A DNA stretch of 64,000 nt from a virus (Duplodnaviria > Caudoviricetes): the IMG/VR virus record IMGVR_UViG_3300008954_000001. The stretch is one strand, 5' to 3'. The position numbers and the translations under genes are program-made. The notes beneath the pieces were generated by a model, which saw only the letters and a program-made list of their open reading frames with translations, searched no databases and was not told the origin of the DNA. Within the stretch, counting starts at the first letter, position 1. Each line of letters begins with the position of its first letter. Shown in pieces: positions 19,312-29,018 of the stretch.

Positions 19312-21432
19312 TTAGGCAGACCCGAAGCTGACCGTACAAGTTTCACCGTCGCAGAACTTATCGTCTGCTTCGTGTTGCGCCATAGTCAAATCCAACGGCT
19401 TAATCTTCGCCATTAGTTTCTCGTATTTAGCTTTGGTGATCTCAATGTAAGGTGCTTGCACATAACCATGCTCATCAATCGGAAGTAGCGAGATCGACTT
19501 CAACTGATCCTCGTACACCGACAAACAAGTGGCGATATCTTTCGCTTCTTCAGGCTTGAAAGTAACCGTAATACTAACTTGGTTGTCGGCCCAGTATTTC
19601 TGCATGTCAGCCGCATTAGCAAACTGCTCCCACATGGTCACATCACTCTTCGACTTAATGAAATGCTTCTCATGGACAGGGAAGCTCACAACCCACGAGT
19701 TAGGCTGATAGGCGCACTTCTCCATTGGATACCCCGCCTTCTTGACCACAGCCACCAGTGGAGAGGACGCAATCAGTCGAATATTACGGATGTAGTATTC
19801 GGCATGGGGGTAGTGAATCCCTGGCGTAGCCCCACAGAGTAGGCTTACCGTGCCTGACGGTTTTACGCTGGTCATCTTCCTACTGGAAGGCACACAAAGC
19901 CAATCCGAGTAGATCGTATCGAGATTGCGGATATAGTTGTACCCCTCATCACACCAACGTAGGAACTCTCGGCGGCCCAACTTGACCATCGCCTGAATGA
20001 TTCCCGACTGAGAGCACCCAATACGGCGATTTCTCAACATAACGGCGTTTGTTCGAGCGTCATGTGTGGGGATCAAGGTCACAGTTTTTGCATACAAATA
20101 CGCAAACTTGAGGGTTCTTTGGTAATCCTCAAAAGAATCGTGATGGGCAGGGAAAGTCTCAACCAAGCAGCAAAGCTCGAAGCTCTCCAAGCTCTGCTCA
20201 GAGCAGGGATTTGATCCCATCACCCGACGATCTTTGTCGTTTCGGGCATCTTTGAGCCGACCGTAACCACGAATAGCATCTAACCAAATGACCCCTGGCT
20301 CGCCGTTAGTGGCGATGGCCTCGGAGATTTCCTCGTAATCCATCCCAATCGTGCCAAAAATACTATTGTTCGAGGCCCATCGGTGGGTACGAAGAGGGTG
20401 CTTTTCGATCTTCCGCTCCAAGGAGAGGGCTTGTTTGCTGTCTCCCTTACCTTTGGACTTCAAGTTTCCAAGTTCCTCCACCCAACGATTGAGTTTGGTG
20501 GGATCTTTCAAGGCCCTGAATTCTTTGTCGTCGGGATCACCAAACATGATCTCAGCAGTACGGCGGACTCCGCCCGCAACAACGCACTTTCCAACCATGT
20601 TGAAGATATCAACGATCTGAGAAGATCCGATCCGATAAGGCTTTTCATCTTTCGGCATCAAAAGCGTAGTTAGCTCGGATACCAACGTCTTTAAGGGTTC
20701 GGGACCAGAGGCCACGCCACCAAACCCGTTGATTGGGGTTCCTTCAAGACGCACTTCGGAAAAGTCGATGTTGAGCGGGTAGTACCCCTTGCCCACAAAG
20801 CTGTTCAAGATTGTGCGAGCCAACTCAACCCAACCTTCTCTGGAATCCTCTACAACGTAAGGCTCCGTCCGGGATCGGGGGTTCTGAATCTTAACTTTGC
20901 CCGCACCCCGGCAGTCGCCACCTACGCCTACGCCAAGCATCGACATATCCATCAAGAAGCAAAACGGGGCCGCAAAATCGGTTTCAATGTCCTTTGTGGA
21001 CACGAACGCACAGTTGTTCAGGGCCGCCGAACCCTTCTCATAAATAACATCGGTCCCCATCGTCCACAGCCCACGGCCAGGAGGGGTCCATTTGAATGAC
21101 CACATTCGCTCGTACATCTCTTGGGCTGATTTCTGTGCCTTGGGTTCATTCCAAGGCAGACTGAGCTTCCGACAATGAATCTTCTGAACATTGAAGGTGC
21201 CTTCAATCACCCGCCGACACGTCTCCCACCACTCTTCGGTCATTCCATCTTCTTTCACCCGTGCGTAAGTACGCTTGTAGGTGAAATGGCCTGTTGGCCC
21301 CCACTGTGGTTGTCGTGTCTTGTAATCTTCCATAAAGGACTCGCTGAGAGAAAAGACTCGCACTTTTCTTCCATCAGCCCCTTCGGGGAAGAACTCATAA
21401 TTTAATCCCATTTGTTTTATCCTCCGCATCAA
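19312..21432 (-). CDS. nrdJ: Class II (B12-dependent, monomeric RTPR-type) ribonucleotide reductase
   Basis: PPGRGLW, LNNCAF, GSNPCSEQSLESFELCCL, RRIG, TSVKPSGTVSLL, C-terminal CDGETC. Confidence 0.93.
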   Translation of the reverse strand: MMRRIKQMGLNYEFFPEGADGRKVRVFSLSESFMEDYKTRQPQWGPTGHFTYKRTYARVKEDGMTEEWWETCRRVIEGTFNVQKIHCRKLSLPWNEPKAQKSAQEMYERMWSFKWTPPGRGLWTMGTDVIYEKGSAALNNCAFVSTKDIETDFAAPFCFLMDMSMLGVGVGGDCRGAGKVKIQNPRSRTEPYVVEDSREGWVELARTILNSFVGKGYYPLNIDFSEVRLEGTPINGFGGVASGPEPLKTLVSELTTLLMPKDEKPYRIGSSQIVDIFNMVGKCVVAGGVRRTAEIMFGDPDDKEFRALKDPTKLNRWVEELGNLKSKGKGDSKQALSLERKIEKHPLRTHRWASNNSIFGTIGMDYEEISEAIATNGEPGVIWLDAIRGYGRLKDARNDKDRRVMGSNPCSEQSLESFELCCLVETFPAHHDSFEDYQRTLKFAYLYAKTVTLIPTHDARTNAVMLRNRRIGCSQSGIIQAMVKLGRREFLRWCDEGYNYIRNLDTIYSDWLCVPSSRKMTSVKPSGTVSLLCGATPGIHYPHAEYYIRNIRLIASSPLVAVVKKAGYPMEKCAYQPNSWVVSFPVHEKHFIKSKSDVTMWEQFANAADMQKYWADNQVSITVTFKPEEAKDIATCLSVYEDQLKSISLLPIDEHGYVQAPYIEITKAKYEKLMAKIKPLDLTMAQHEADDKFCDGETCTVSFGSA

Positions 21433-21453
21433 GGTCGAAAGTAGCTTCCGTTA

Positions 21454-22443
21454 TCAGGGGTCAATCAAGCGTCTACCGACACCCCTGCGTTCGTGGATGG
21501 CCCTTACGACCTGACACACTAAGCTATTGAAAGGGGCGACGGCTCCCGCCTTGACGGAATTTTCCGCCTCTGCCAAAGCACTTAGGAGTGAAGCGCACCC
21601 CTTCGACCCCCATTTCCGTGCGGGAGGAAGAACTTGGTTTTTCAAGTACCAAGAATTTTTTCCCAAGCGTTGAGCTACTAAATCTAAAGAAATCTTATTT
21701 TCGTGGGCGTGAGAAACCGCTAACCAAAGTAGAACCCTTTTCGACAAAAGCGCACAGGTCCACATGGTTGGGTCTTTGCCCGCATATTGTTGAACTCGGA
21801 GGGCGGCGGCCAAGAACTTCTTAGCGGATAGTGCCTCTAATGGGGCTATCAACGCTTCTGGCCCAACCTCCGAGATCGGGGCCATTACTCGCTTGACGTG
21901 GGTGGCTTCAATCGTTGGGGAGCCTTCCAGCCCTGCCAGCATGGAGGCTTTTTTGATCTCCCACCAAAGCGTTGCCAAGTCGGTCCCAACTCGACCCACC
22001 AAGGATGTTGAAAGAGCCTTGGTAATCGGTGTTCCCATCGCTTTTGCGATGCTTACTCCGAAATCTGCTGCGTAAGGTGTTTGTTCCCACGGCTTTGTTG
22101 GTGTGATGTACGCATACGCACGAGAAGTCTTTTCAACTACTTTCTTGAATAGTTTAGAAGACTTGGGGATCGTGCTGTCTTGAATCAGAACCAACCGTAA
22201 AGTCTCGTCAGATCGCCCGACCGCATCGATCACCCCTTCAAGGTCTTTCAACGGCTGCTTTACGATGATGGCTAATGGTTCGGAAAAGAACACGGAGCCT
22301 GACAAGGCATCTAAGACGGACCCTTTGTTGTTCCCGTCTACGGACTCTATTCGGAAGCCTTGTGTGTAAAGCTCGTTCTGAAGGCTCTGCGAATGACGGG
22401 AAATCCGAAAACTACAATTCCCATGGATTACGTCCACATTCAT
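21454..22443 (-). CDS. holA: DNA polymerase III delta subunit
   Basis: VGTDLATLWWEIKKA parallels G.DL..L..EL.KL; length and position fit. Confidence 0.72.
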   Translation of the reverse strand: MNVDVIHGNCSFRISRHSQSLQNELYTQGFRIESVDGNNKGSVLDALSGSVFFSEPLAIIVKQPLKDLEGVIDAVGRSDETLRLVLIQDSTIPKSSKLFKKVVEKTSRAYAYITPTKPWEQTPYAADFGVSIAKAMGTPITKALSTSLVGRVGTDLATLWWEIKKASMLAGLEGSPTIEATHVKRVMAPISEVGPEALIAPLEALSAKKFLAAALRVQQYAGKDPTMWTCALLSKRVLLWLAVSHAHENKISLDLVAQRLGKNSWYLKNQVLPPARKWGSKGCASLLSALAEAENSVKAGAVAPFNSLVCQVVRAIHERRGVGRRLIDP

Positions 22444-23054
22444 TTTTCAATACCTGCGTTGGCCAATGCCGCAGATACTGATGCGATACTTTCACGCCCA
22501 AGGACATTCTTCATGAGCAACCACATGCGAGGCTCGAACTCTCGTTTTGAGAGATGGTCCAAGGCGGCATCCAAGACGGTTTTGGGGTCGTGCTTTAGCA
22601 TCAACTCCCCAATGGTGGTCCCGTTTCCCGCCAAGGCTTCTTCGATTAGCTTTGGGTCGATTTCTTCTGAGGTGGAGGACTCGCCATAAGACCAAACGGC
22701 TTGGCATCGAGATCGGATCGTTTTCGGAACTTCGCCTAAATCAAAAGCCCACAAAAACGGTCGGGTGTAGTGGCTGGGTTCTTCGATTATCTTGAGAAGG
22801 GCATCCGCAGCCTCAAAGGTAGCCAAGTCCATCGGTCCAAGAACCACGGAACCAAAAGCATCCGAAGCTGGTGGCATGTTGTGGAGACGAAGCATCTCTC
22901 TGGAGTCATCCTTACGAAGCCCTTTTTCTCCCCCTAAAACAGCGAGGATTCGCCCGTATTGCCCTGCGGCTTCCATAGCCGCATCCTGAGCACCTTGACC
23001 GTGAAACAGGCTTACGGAGGCTCCTACAAGCGATGTCTCGATCCGCTGCTCCAT
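22440..23054 (-). CDS. holB: DNA polymerase III delta-prime subunit (shortened)
   Basis: EAADALLKIIEEP and VPKTIRSRCQ; no Walker A or Zn module. Confidence 0.75.
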   Translation of the reverse strand: MEQRIETSLVGASVSLFHGQGAQDAAMEAAGQYGRILAVLGGEKGLRKDDSREMLRLHNMPPASDAFGSVVLGPMDLATFEAADALLKIIEEPSHYTRPFLWAFDLGEVPKTIRSRCQAVWSYGESSTSEEIDPKLIEEALAGNGTTIGELMLKHDPKTVLDAALDHLSKREFEPRMWLLMKNVLGRESIASVSAALANAGIEK

Positions 23055-23107
23055 GTCTCTCCCTTATCTAATTTCCATACCGAAAATTTGGCGGAAACGG
23101 ACACATC

Positions 23108-23296
23108 TCACAAAGAGATATGCCACGCCTTATTACAGGTGAGGCACGTGTAGCGATAAGCATGGCCGCCACTTGCGAGCTTCTTCTTGAAATCAAGCCG
23201 TGCCTGATTGCCCTCACAGCGTTGTGAGGCTTGGCAACGGATAAAGTGCAGTGGTTTTTTTGATGGTGGCGGCTGTTTTTGCTCTTGGTCTGTCAT
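23108..23296 (-). CDS. Small Zn-ribbon protein
   Basis: CQASQRC and YTCLTC pairs. Confidence 0.55.
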   Translation of the reverse strand: MTDQEQKQPPPSKKPLHFIRCQASQRCEGNQARLDFKKKLASGGHAYRYTCLTCNKAWHISL

Positions 23297-23327
23297 GCGA
23301 TCCCCTCAATATCTTTGAGAGGGGATA

Positions 23328-23762
23328 CTACCCGCCAGCTTTAGCGTCCCAACCAGGAATACGAATCCCCGAAGGGTTTTGGGTCTGCTCTACATATTCA
23401 GGAGCGACCGCAGCCAAGGCTTCATACAAAATATCTTCGGCAATCTTCAGCAACGAACCAACATCTCGTTGTTGGAACATCACACTGATCGACGGACGGG
23501 ACAGGCTTAAAGAAGCGACTTTATCCTTGATGGCAAACCACAAGTCCCCACGGATGGCCGTAGGGGGAAAGGTCAAGCCCATAGGAGCAATCCCCGAAAC
23601 CTTTTGAGACAGCACAACAAACTTAGAAGGACCAGCAGCACCCGAAAGTGGGTAGTCAACTCTGGCCAATCCTAAACCATAAAACAGGATCGCTACGGTA
23701 TCTGGATGTACTTTCCTCACAGGAATCCCTCCACAGGAAAGATCCCGAAATAGGAACGTCAT
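23328..23762 (-). CDS. Hypothetical protein
   Basis: First ORF of the leftward block. Confidence 0.55.
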   Translation of the reverse strand: MTFLFRDLSCGGIPVRKVHPDTVAILFYGLGLARVDYPLSGAAGPSKFVVLSQKVSGIAPMGLTFPPTAIRGDLWFAIKDKVASLSLSRPSISVMFQQRDVGSLLKIAEDILYEALAAVAPEYVEQTQNPSGIRIPGWDAKAGG

Positions 23763-24445
23763 TGGATATCGAGCCTAAAGGTCTGGTTTAAGCGTAGAAG
23801 TAGAACTTTGAGCGTAAAAGTTTGGGCGTAGCATTAGTTAGAGTAAGAGTAGTGATAGTAGGTATTGGTTTAGTAGTAAGTTCGGTTTTGGTTTTGGTTC
23901 AAAGTCTTTGGTTTCTGGTGTTGATGATTGCAGATCCTATGTCTCTTCCTGAATACTTAATTAGAGTCTTCAGTTTAATCGCAACAGGGAGCCTCCTTTC
24001 GGAATGCCACCTCCCTCGGAACAACATAGGATAGAGGGTTTCTATACTCTCCCTCCGAGATCCCTCAATCCGAAGATGCTGTAGGGAACCCTGAGCCGTC
24101 ACTGTTCGGTGGTTTAGCCAATCCCACGAGGGTTTCCCCCCCAAAGTGCTTCGAGAAATGTCCGATGGCTGGCTATTTCTCTCAATCCCGATGGTTGATG
24201 CTCTCTTTTTTGAGATTTCTTGCAACGGGCGTGACCTCTGCTGGCCTGTCAATGACAGGACTGAACAATGAGGATGCTTCTACCCGCCTTCATCAGATTT
24301 CGCAAGAAGGTTGATGGTGAACTTTTTGAGAAAGTAGGTTCAACCAATCTTATCGGGTAGTTATGGAACCACACCCCTAAACGCCCTATGTGGGCTGGTT
24401 CGGTGGGTATCCTATGAGACTCCCCAATTGTGTAGAGGTGACGAC
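23763..24445. other. Long apparently non-coding region at a strand switch
   Basis: No convincing ORF; C-poor AGTA/GGTTTT low-complexity tract at about 23820-23910; 15-bp palindrome CCTGTCA-A-TGACAGG at 24245-24259. Confidence 0.4.
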
Positions 24446-24616
24446 ATGCCACAGCCAGAAGAAACTGAAACAAAAAAGACCGACACCAAGAATAACGCCC
24501 CGGAGGATTTCGGCGGGCAGCAACTTGTTCTTCCCTTTATGAAGGACCACCTGCCCCGTAAGCCTGTGGATAAGAAATCAGGGCAAAGTGAAGAAACTGA
24601 TGGGCGAGCTTATTGA
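24446..24616 (+). CDS. Small hypothetical protein
   Basis: ATG 24446 with GAGG RBS. Confidence 0.45.
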   Translation: MPQPEETETKKTDTKNNAPEDFGGQQLVLPFMKDHLPRKPVDKKSGQSEETDGRAY

Positions 24617-24830
24617 TCTCAGAGAAGAACTCTATTTACGCCTACTTGCACGGCGTTTGGTAGAGGACTTGTGCGTTCCCCCCGAAACAGTCGAGGAGAT
24701 GGGTGGGGTCGTTGATTTCGCTGTCGCATTAATGCGGCGAGTGGATGACCTTCCTGAAGGGAACGGCGAAAGCATCTGCGATGATCACCCTGAGTTGTTT
24801 GAACTGCTTCGGAAAAGGGCCGCAGGATAA
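24588..24830 (+). CDS. Small hypothetical protein
   Basis: Stop is coupled to the next start (TAATG). Confidence 0.55.
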   Translation: MKKLMGELIDLREELYLRLLARRLVEDLCVPPETVEEMGGVVDFAVALMRRVDDLPEGNGESICDDHPELFELLRKRAAG

Positions 24831-25033
24831 TGAAAACAATACTACTCTTGATCCCTACCCTCTTGATCCTCTCTTGTGTTGAGATGGCACCAACCCCCGA
24901 TGTTTCGGATGCTGGCGATATTAGAGAGGAAGAAACCCATTGGAGCGTTCTCTATATCCGAGATCACTGCTCCCGTTGCCCTGATTGCTGTGTGGTCATC
25001 GATGAAGATGATGACGGCTTGGTAGATCGGTAG
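24830..25033 (+). CDS. Putative small lipoprotein
   Basis: Signal peptide MKTILLLIPTLLILSC with lipobox-like ILSC. Confidence 0.55.
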   Translation: MKTILLLIPTLLILSCVEMAPTPDVSDAGDIREEETHWSVLYIRDHCSRCPDCCVVIDEDDDGLVDR

Positions 25034-25144
25034 GCAACTTCGACCTCCCGCCCGTTGACCTTCACGGTACGGGAATGCTTGATAGGTTTTGAAACCTTGA
25101 CGTTAGGGGAAGGTTTGACAAGGCTCGGCTTGTCAAGGCACGGC

Positions 25145-25396
25145 TCATCCATCTTTAGCCTTGCCCTTCTTCTTACCCTTCTTTTCAGCCTTGGCCTTCT
25201 TTTCAGGCTTTTCAGCCTTGGCCTTCGGCTTGGCATCCGCAATCCGCTTGGCGAGCTTGGCCCGTTCCTTAACGGCCCCCTTACCCTCACCGAACATTTG
25301 ATCCAAACGAGCAATCTGCTGTTCGGGGGTGCGCTTGGCCCGTTCTTCGGCCAGAGCTTCAGCCCGCTTCCGCCGTTCGTCTCGTGCTACTGACAT
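25145..25396 (-). CDS. Small highly basic (K/A-rich) protein
   Basis: RTPEQQIARLD..G.G.GA.KER motif and KAKAEK repeats. Confidence 0.65.
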   Translation of the reverse strand: MSVARDERRKRAEALAEERAKRTPEQQIARLDQMFGEGKGAVKERAKLAKRIADAKPKAKAEKPEKKAKAEKKGKKKGKAKDG

Positions 25397-25397
25397 A

Positions 25398-25613
25398 TTA
25401 TGCCGCCTTGAGTTCTAAATGGTTGCCGTTTTCATCAAGCAAGTGGGCGGGTTCATGCCCAACTTCTTTTAGAATGTCCAAAACTTCTTCAAGAGTGTAC
25501 CCCTCAGGGATCGGAACTCGGCTACCGTCTTTTAGAACTACAGTCATCGGGATTGAGTATCCTTTGGAAGCCAAAGGCTTTCGGGTGGTGTAGGGGCATG
25601 GTTTTCTTCGCAA
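25398..25613 (-). CDS. Small hypothetical protein
   Basis: Stop lies 2 nt before the next start. Confidence 0.45.
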   Translation of the reverse strand: MRRKPCPYTTRKPLASKGYSIPMTVVLKDGSRVPIPEGYTLEEVLDILKEVGHEPAHLLDENGNHLELKAA

Positions 25614-25707
25614 CCCGCTGCGTCAAAAGCCCACATCATAGAGAGGACTATGCCGAAGACCACAAGGATCTCCAGCATAGCCCCACTAAACAGGTACTTG
25701 ATTACGT

Positions 25708-27171
25708 TCAATCGAGCCAACTTGGAAGATCCTCTTCCACTAAGATCATGGCGACCTTCGCCCCAACCTTTGTACAGCCCTGATAGAAAGCATCCGAGTA
25801 ATGGGAGTCCCCATACTTGTGAGCGAACTCATGGATGCAAATGTCGAGGTACTGCTGAAAACCTGCACGGGTTTCAACAGCGGCATCGATCCACCGCTTC
25901 CCTAAAGAACGCTTGTTGAAAGCGAGGCCGCTTCCGTAAACGGCTTGATGCCCACGAGGGTCATTATGCCATTTCACTGTGATGGGGCTTCCGTGGACCT
26001 TCTCATGGAGCCACGAAGCGTACTGCGCCAGCGTAGCCATGTTGGGAGTCCACTTCTCTTTCGGGATGTTCACATTAGGCCCATCGCCATACTTGACGGT
26101 TGCCTCTGGAAACAAATCCGTAGCGGTTGGGACATTGACCGACGCATCGATATTTCCCCACGCAGCCTTGGTGTGGTTACCCCCGTAAACCACTTTCATT
26201 CCAGCGGCGGTTGCGGCTGCGGATGACTCAGGTTCACTTGGGTTATGCTTCACAGCATCCTTGCCGTGCTTCGCAACGAAAAGCGTCTGTGTGGCTGTAG
26301 GGTTCGTTGTCTCCATAGCCTTGTTGACCCACGACTCCTTCACTTCTTCGGGAGTCAGGTCTGAAGCTGACAGGTTGCCTACGATGGTCAGAATCTTACG
26401 GAGGTAAGCAGGGGTCACTGAATCTCGCTTGTAGTTCAGCGGCACCTTCTGATGCACATTGACATGATACGGGGTCGGGTTCTCTACGATGGGGATACCC
26501 ATTTCGTAGATCATCGAGGTATCCCCGCTCTCCGCCCTGTGTAGCTCTACAAGGGCCTTTCGAGCCGAGTGGGTAAGTTCCCCCTCATCGTTCGCAATCA
26601 CCGTAGGAAGCGACTCTGTGACCTTTGCATAGGGCTTCTGAACCGTAAGCTCAGTACCATTGACGAAAGTCGGGAAGTCATGTGGCGGGAGGAACCCGTC
26701 AATGCTTTCAACCATGCCAGTGATGACTTGCTTTGAGGCTCGGAAAGTACAAGTGATCTGTGACCCCTTGTTCGTAGTCCGACGCAACTTGGTTCGACCC
26801 TTCGCCTTAGAGAAGTGGTAGCCCCCACTGGTGGTGAGGATTTCGACCTCTCCACCTGTTTCCACACAATAGGCGATGACTTGTTTCTCGCCCATATTGA
26901 ATCGACCTCGCAAGGTCGGGTCCACCTTCTTGCCGCTTTCGGCAAAGAGGGTGAAGCTATGCGACAGGTCTGCAAACCCGTCAGGATCGTCATCTGTGAT
27001 GACGATCTTACCTCGGCCATGTCCCACCGACTCGATGGTCATGCGAACCTCGGTTACGTTTTGGTCCCATGCGTTTTGTAAAAGCTCACGGGGAATCCAA
27101 TCGATTCCATTTTCGGACAGGAGTTTACTAAACCCCTTTGTGTCCACCTTCAAAATTTCTGTTGTACTCAT
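25708..27171 (-). CDS. GHKL (Hsp90/MORC-like) ATPase with C-terminal HExxH zincin-like domain
   Basis: RELLQNAWD (N box), DDDPDG, RGRFNMGEK, KGSQI; C-terminal CIHEFAH. Confidence 0.8.
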   Translation of the reverse strand: MSTTEILKVDTKGFSKLLSENGIDWIPRELLQNAWDQNVTEVRMTIESVGHGRGKIVITDDDPDGFADLSHSFTLFAESGKKVDPTLRGRFNMGEKQVIAYCVETGGEVEILTTSGGYHFSKAKGRTKLRRTTNKGSQITCTFRASKQVITGMVESIDGFLPPHDFPTFVNGTELTVQKPYAKVTESLPTVIANDEGELTHSARKALVELHRAESGDTSMIYEMGIPIVENPTPYHVNVHQKVPLNYKRDSVTPAYLRKILTIVGNLSASDLTPEEVKESWVNKAMETTNPTATQTLFVAKHGKDAVKHNPSEPESSAAATAAGMKVVYGGNHTKAAWGNIDASVNVPTATDLFPEATVKYGDGPNVNIPKEKWTPNMATLAQYASWLHEKVHGSPITVKWHNDPRGHQAVYGSGLAFNKRSLGKRWIDAAVETRAGFQQYLDICIHEFAHKYGDSHYSDAFYQGCTKVGAKVAMILVEEDLPSWLD

Positions 27172-27200
27172 TCTATTCTTGTTTCCTTTTTCCTTTGGGC

Positions 27201-27389
27201 CTACGGCCTCTTTGTTAGTGGAGGCGGTATTGCCTCCTTTGCACTATCGGGGGGGTTTGGAATCGGCCCCCCCTTCATTTCAACCTTATGGGTGGAAAGG
27301 ACTGTTCCTTCACGGATCATGTCCTTCGCCTTGCGGTTACGCTTCTTGCGTTGCTTCGACTTGATGGACTTCTTCTTCGACTTGGCCAT
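27201..27389 (-). CDS. Small basic protein
   Basis: K/R-rich N-terminus; RBS-like sequence upstream. Confidence 0.5.
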   Translation of the reverse strand: MAKSKKKSIKSKQRKKRNRKAKDMIREGTVLSTHKVEMKGGPIPNPPDSAKEAIPPPLTKRP

Positions 27390-27390
27390 C

Positions 27391-27651
27391 TTAGAGGTCT
27401 CTCCCTTGGTAATGGTGAGCTACGATCTCAGTGCAGTCAGCCCAACATTGTTCGGCTGGCAAGTTACGGGAGGAGGGAACGCCAAGTTCGGCCTCACAAC
27501 CACTGCTGATGTAGCACTCGTGGATGGCCCATAACTTTGCGTCACGCTCTGGCAAAGCAAACCCGACGTACCAAATGCCAGCGACCGCTATAGTGGCCAG
27601 CAAAACAACTCCGCAAACTCGATCAACTAATGTGTCTGATTCATCAAACAT
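27391..27651 (-). CDS. Small membrane protein
   Basis: One TM helix, three extracytoplasmic Cys; GAGGG RBS. Confidence 0.55.
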   Translation of the reverse strand: MFDESDTLVDRVCGVVLLATIAVAGIWYVGFALPERDAKLWAIHECYISSGCEAELGVPSSRNLPAEQCWADCTEIVAHHYQGRDL

Positions 27652-27726
27652 GGTTCCCTCTTTTCGTAATACTAACGATACCCCTTTGAGGGCACCTTAT
27701 GGCCGTTTTATCGGCCAGCCAACAAA

Positions 27727-28041
27727 TCAGCCCCCCTTGCTCTGAGGGCTGTGTGGAACATCGTGTTCTTCGACCTCGAAACTCGTGTAGCCTTTTAGGA
27801 CTGAACGAGCGTGGAAGCCTTCTCGACTCTTGAGCGACCACGAATGGGCGTAGTCGCAAGCCTCTTTCTCGGACTTGAAGAAGGCCACCAGATCCCGATG
27901 GTAGATGGTCTCGAAACCTCGGTCCCAACCCAATCGAAGGTGCTCCGTTCTCAACCCGTATAGGCCAAACATATTTACCTGCTTTGTCGTGGGACATATT
28001 ATTGAAGCCTGAAAGCGTAGTTGTCTTTCGTGCCGTAGCAC
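27727..28041 (-). CDS. Hypothetical protein
   Basis: In-strand ORF; true start probably the internal ATG (MFGLYG). Confidence 0.5.
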   Translation of the reverse strand: MLRHERQLRFQASIICPTTKQVNMFGLYGLRTEHLRLGWDRGFETIYHRDLVAFFKSEKEACDYAHSWSLKSREGFHARSVLKGYTSFEVEEHDVPHSPQSKGG

Positions 28042-28415
28042 CCGTGAGCGTCATTTGGCTCGTCGCAATGTGGGTCGTTGTCATCGGTCAAAACCGAGAA
28101 GGAGAAGTGCTGTGCAAGAAAAGCGTCCACCTGTGCCATCGCTTCTTCTTTAGTGTTTTCGATCCCGCTGGTGGAGTGACCCTGACCTTGAGGACAACTT
28201 CGGTAGCCCCATCCATCAGTTCCCCCGTGTGAGTCACCGAAGCCACCCAACCATGAGGACACAAGTGCAACCTGTGTTCCCAAACCGTTAACTCGAATAA
28301 ATCGAGGGGGGTGGGAGGAGTCTGGCGACCATGGAAGGATCACTTTGTTCAAGACCTCTTGGGCTTCACGAATGGAAGCGGCATCTTCAGTATCGATTGT
28401 CAGATTCGGTTTCAT
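27999..28415 (-). CDS. Hypothetical protein
   Basis: Start lies 4 nt after the upstream stop. Confidence 0.55.
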   Translation of the reverse strand: MKPNLTIDTEDAASIREAQEVLNKVILPWSPDSSHPPRFIRVNGLGTQVALVSSWLGGFGDSHGGTDGWGYRSCPQGQGHSTSGIENTKEEAMAQVDAFLAQHFSFSVLTDDNDPHCDEPNDAHGCYGTKDNYAFRLQ

Positions 28416-28418
28416 TTT

Positions 28419-28598
28419 CTACCTCATTCCGTAGCGGCGTAATTTGCCATTTGCACTTTGGTTGTCTTGTTCCATGTTTTGGAGGATTCGGAAGAGTCGC
28501 TCTTTCGCCTCTGGCGATAGCTTCTCCAAAAGCTCCATGACCAAGGGGCCGTTCTGCCCCCGCTGTCTCAACAGTATCGCTTGTAGGTGTCTGTCCAT
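28419..28598 (-). CDS. 59-aa hypothetical protein
   Basis: Below the track cutoff; MDRHLQAILLRQRGQNGPLVMELLEKLSPEAKERLFRILQNMEQDNQSANGKLRRYGMR; stop abuts the next start. Confidence 0.5.
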   Translation of the reverse strand: MDRHLQAILLRQRGQNGPLVMELLEKLSPEAKERLFRILQNMEQDNQSANGKLRRYGMR

Positions 28599-28688
28599 GT
28601 TCAGTTTACCGATTAGTAAGCTAAACAGCCCCCTCTAATTAAAAGGTAGTAAGGGGGGCCGATTCGACAGCCGAACGGTAGCCTCCAT

Positions 28689-28940
28689 ATGAGCGATACT
28701 AACGACATTCGATTTGACTGCCCCAACTGTGGAAAGGGCTTCGGCATCCCCGGCATCAGCGACATTGCTGAATGTGAGGGTGCCACCTGTGATTGCCCCA
28801 ACTGTGGCGATCTGCTCCTTTTCGCAGACGGCAAGATCGTGGACTTCCACGCCCACCTCAATGCCAGCGACCCCCGTTGGCCCGCTGATGGTGCTGGCAC
28901 TGGAGTCATCAACATTTCATGTGAAGGGGGGGCTAATTGA
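28689..28940 (+). CDS. Double Zn-ribbon protein
   Basis: CPNCG occurs twice. Confidence 0.6.
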   Translation: MSDTNDIRFDCPNCGKGFGIPGISDIAECEGATCDCPNCGDLLLFADGKIVDFHAHLNASDPRWPADGAGTGVINISCEGGAN

Positions 28941-29018
28941 TAGCCCTGTCGGTAGTACGAACAGGAGCACAAAGCTCCGCTTAAACCGTGACTAATGATA
29001 GTCCAAAGGAAAACTAAG

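Noticed and set aside
11481-21432. Inteins or introns in recA, recD2 and nrdJ
   Set aside because: Lengths are normal, motifs are contiguous and no Hint signatures were seen.
23787-24252. CTT-TGA...CTT matched codons at the end of track ORF 23899-24252 as another hop site
   Set aside because: The ORF has no recognisable homology or RBS and the continuation is low-complexity; likely coincidence.
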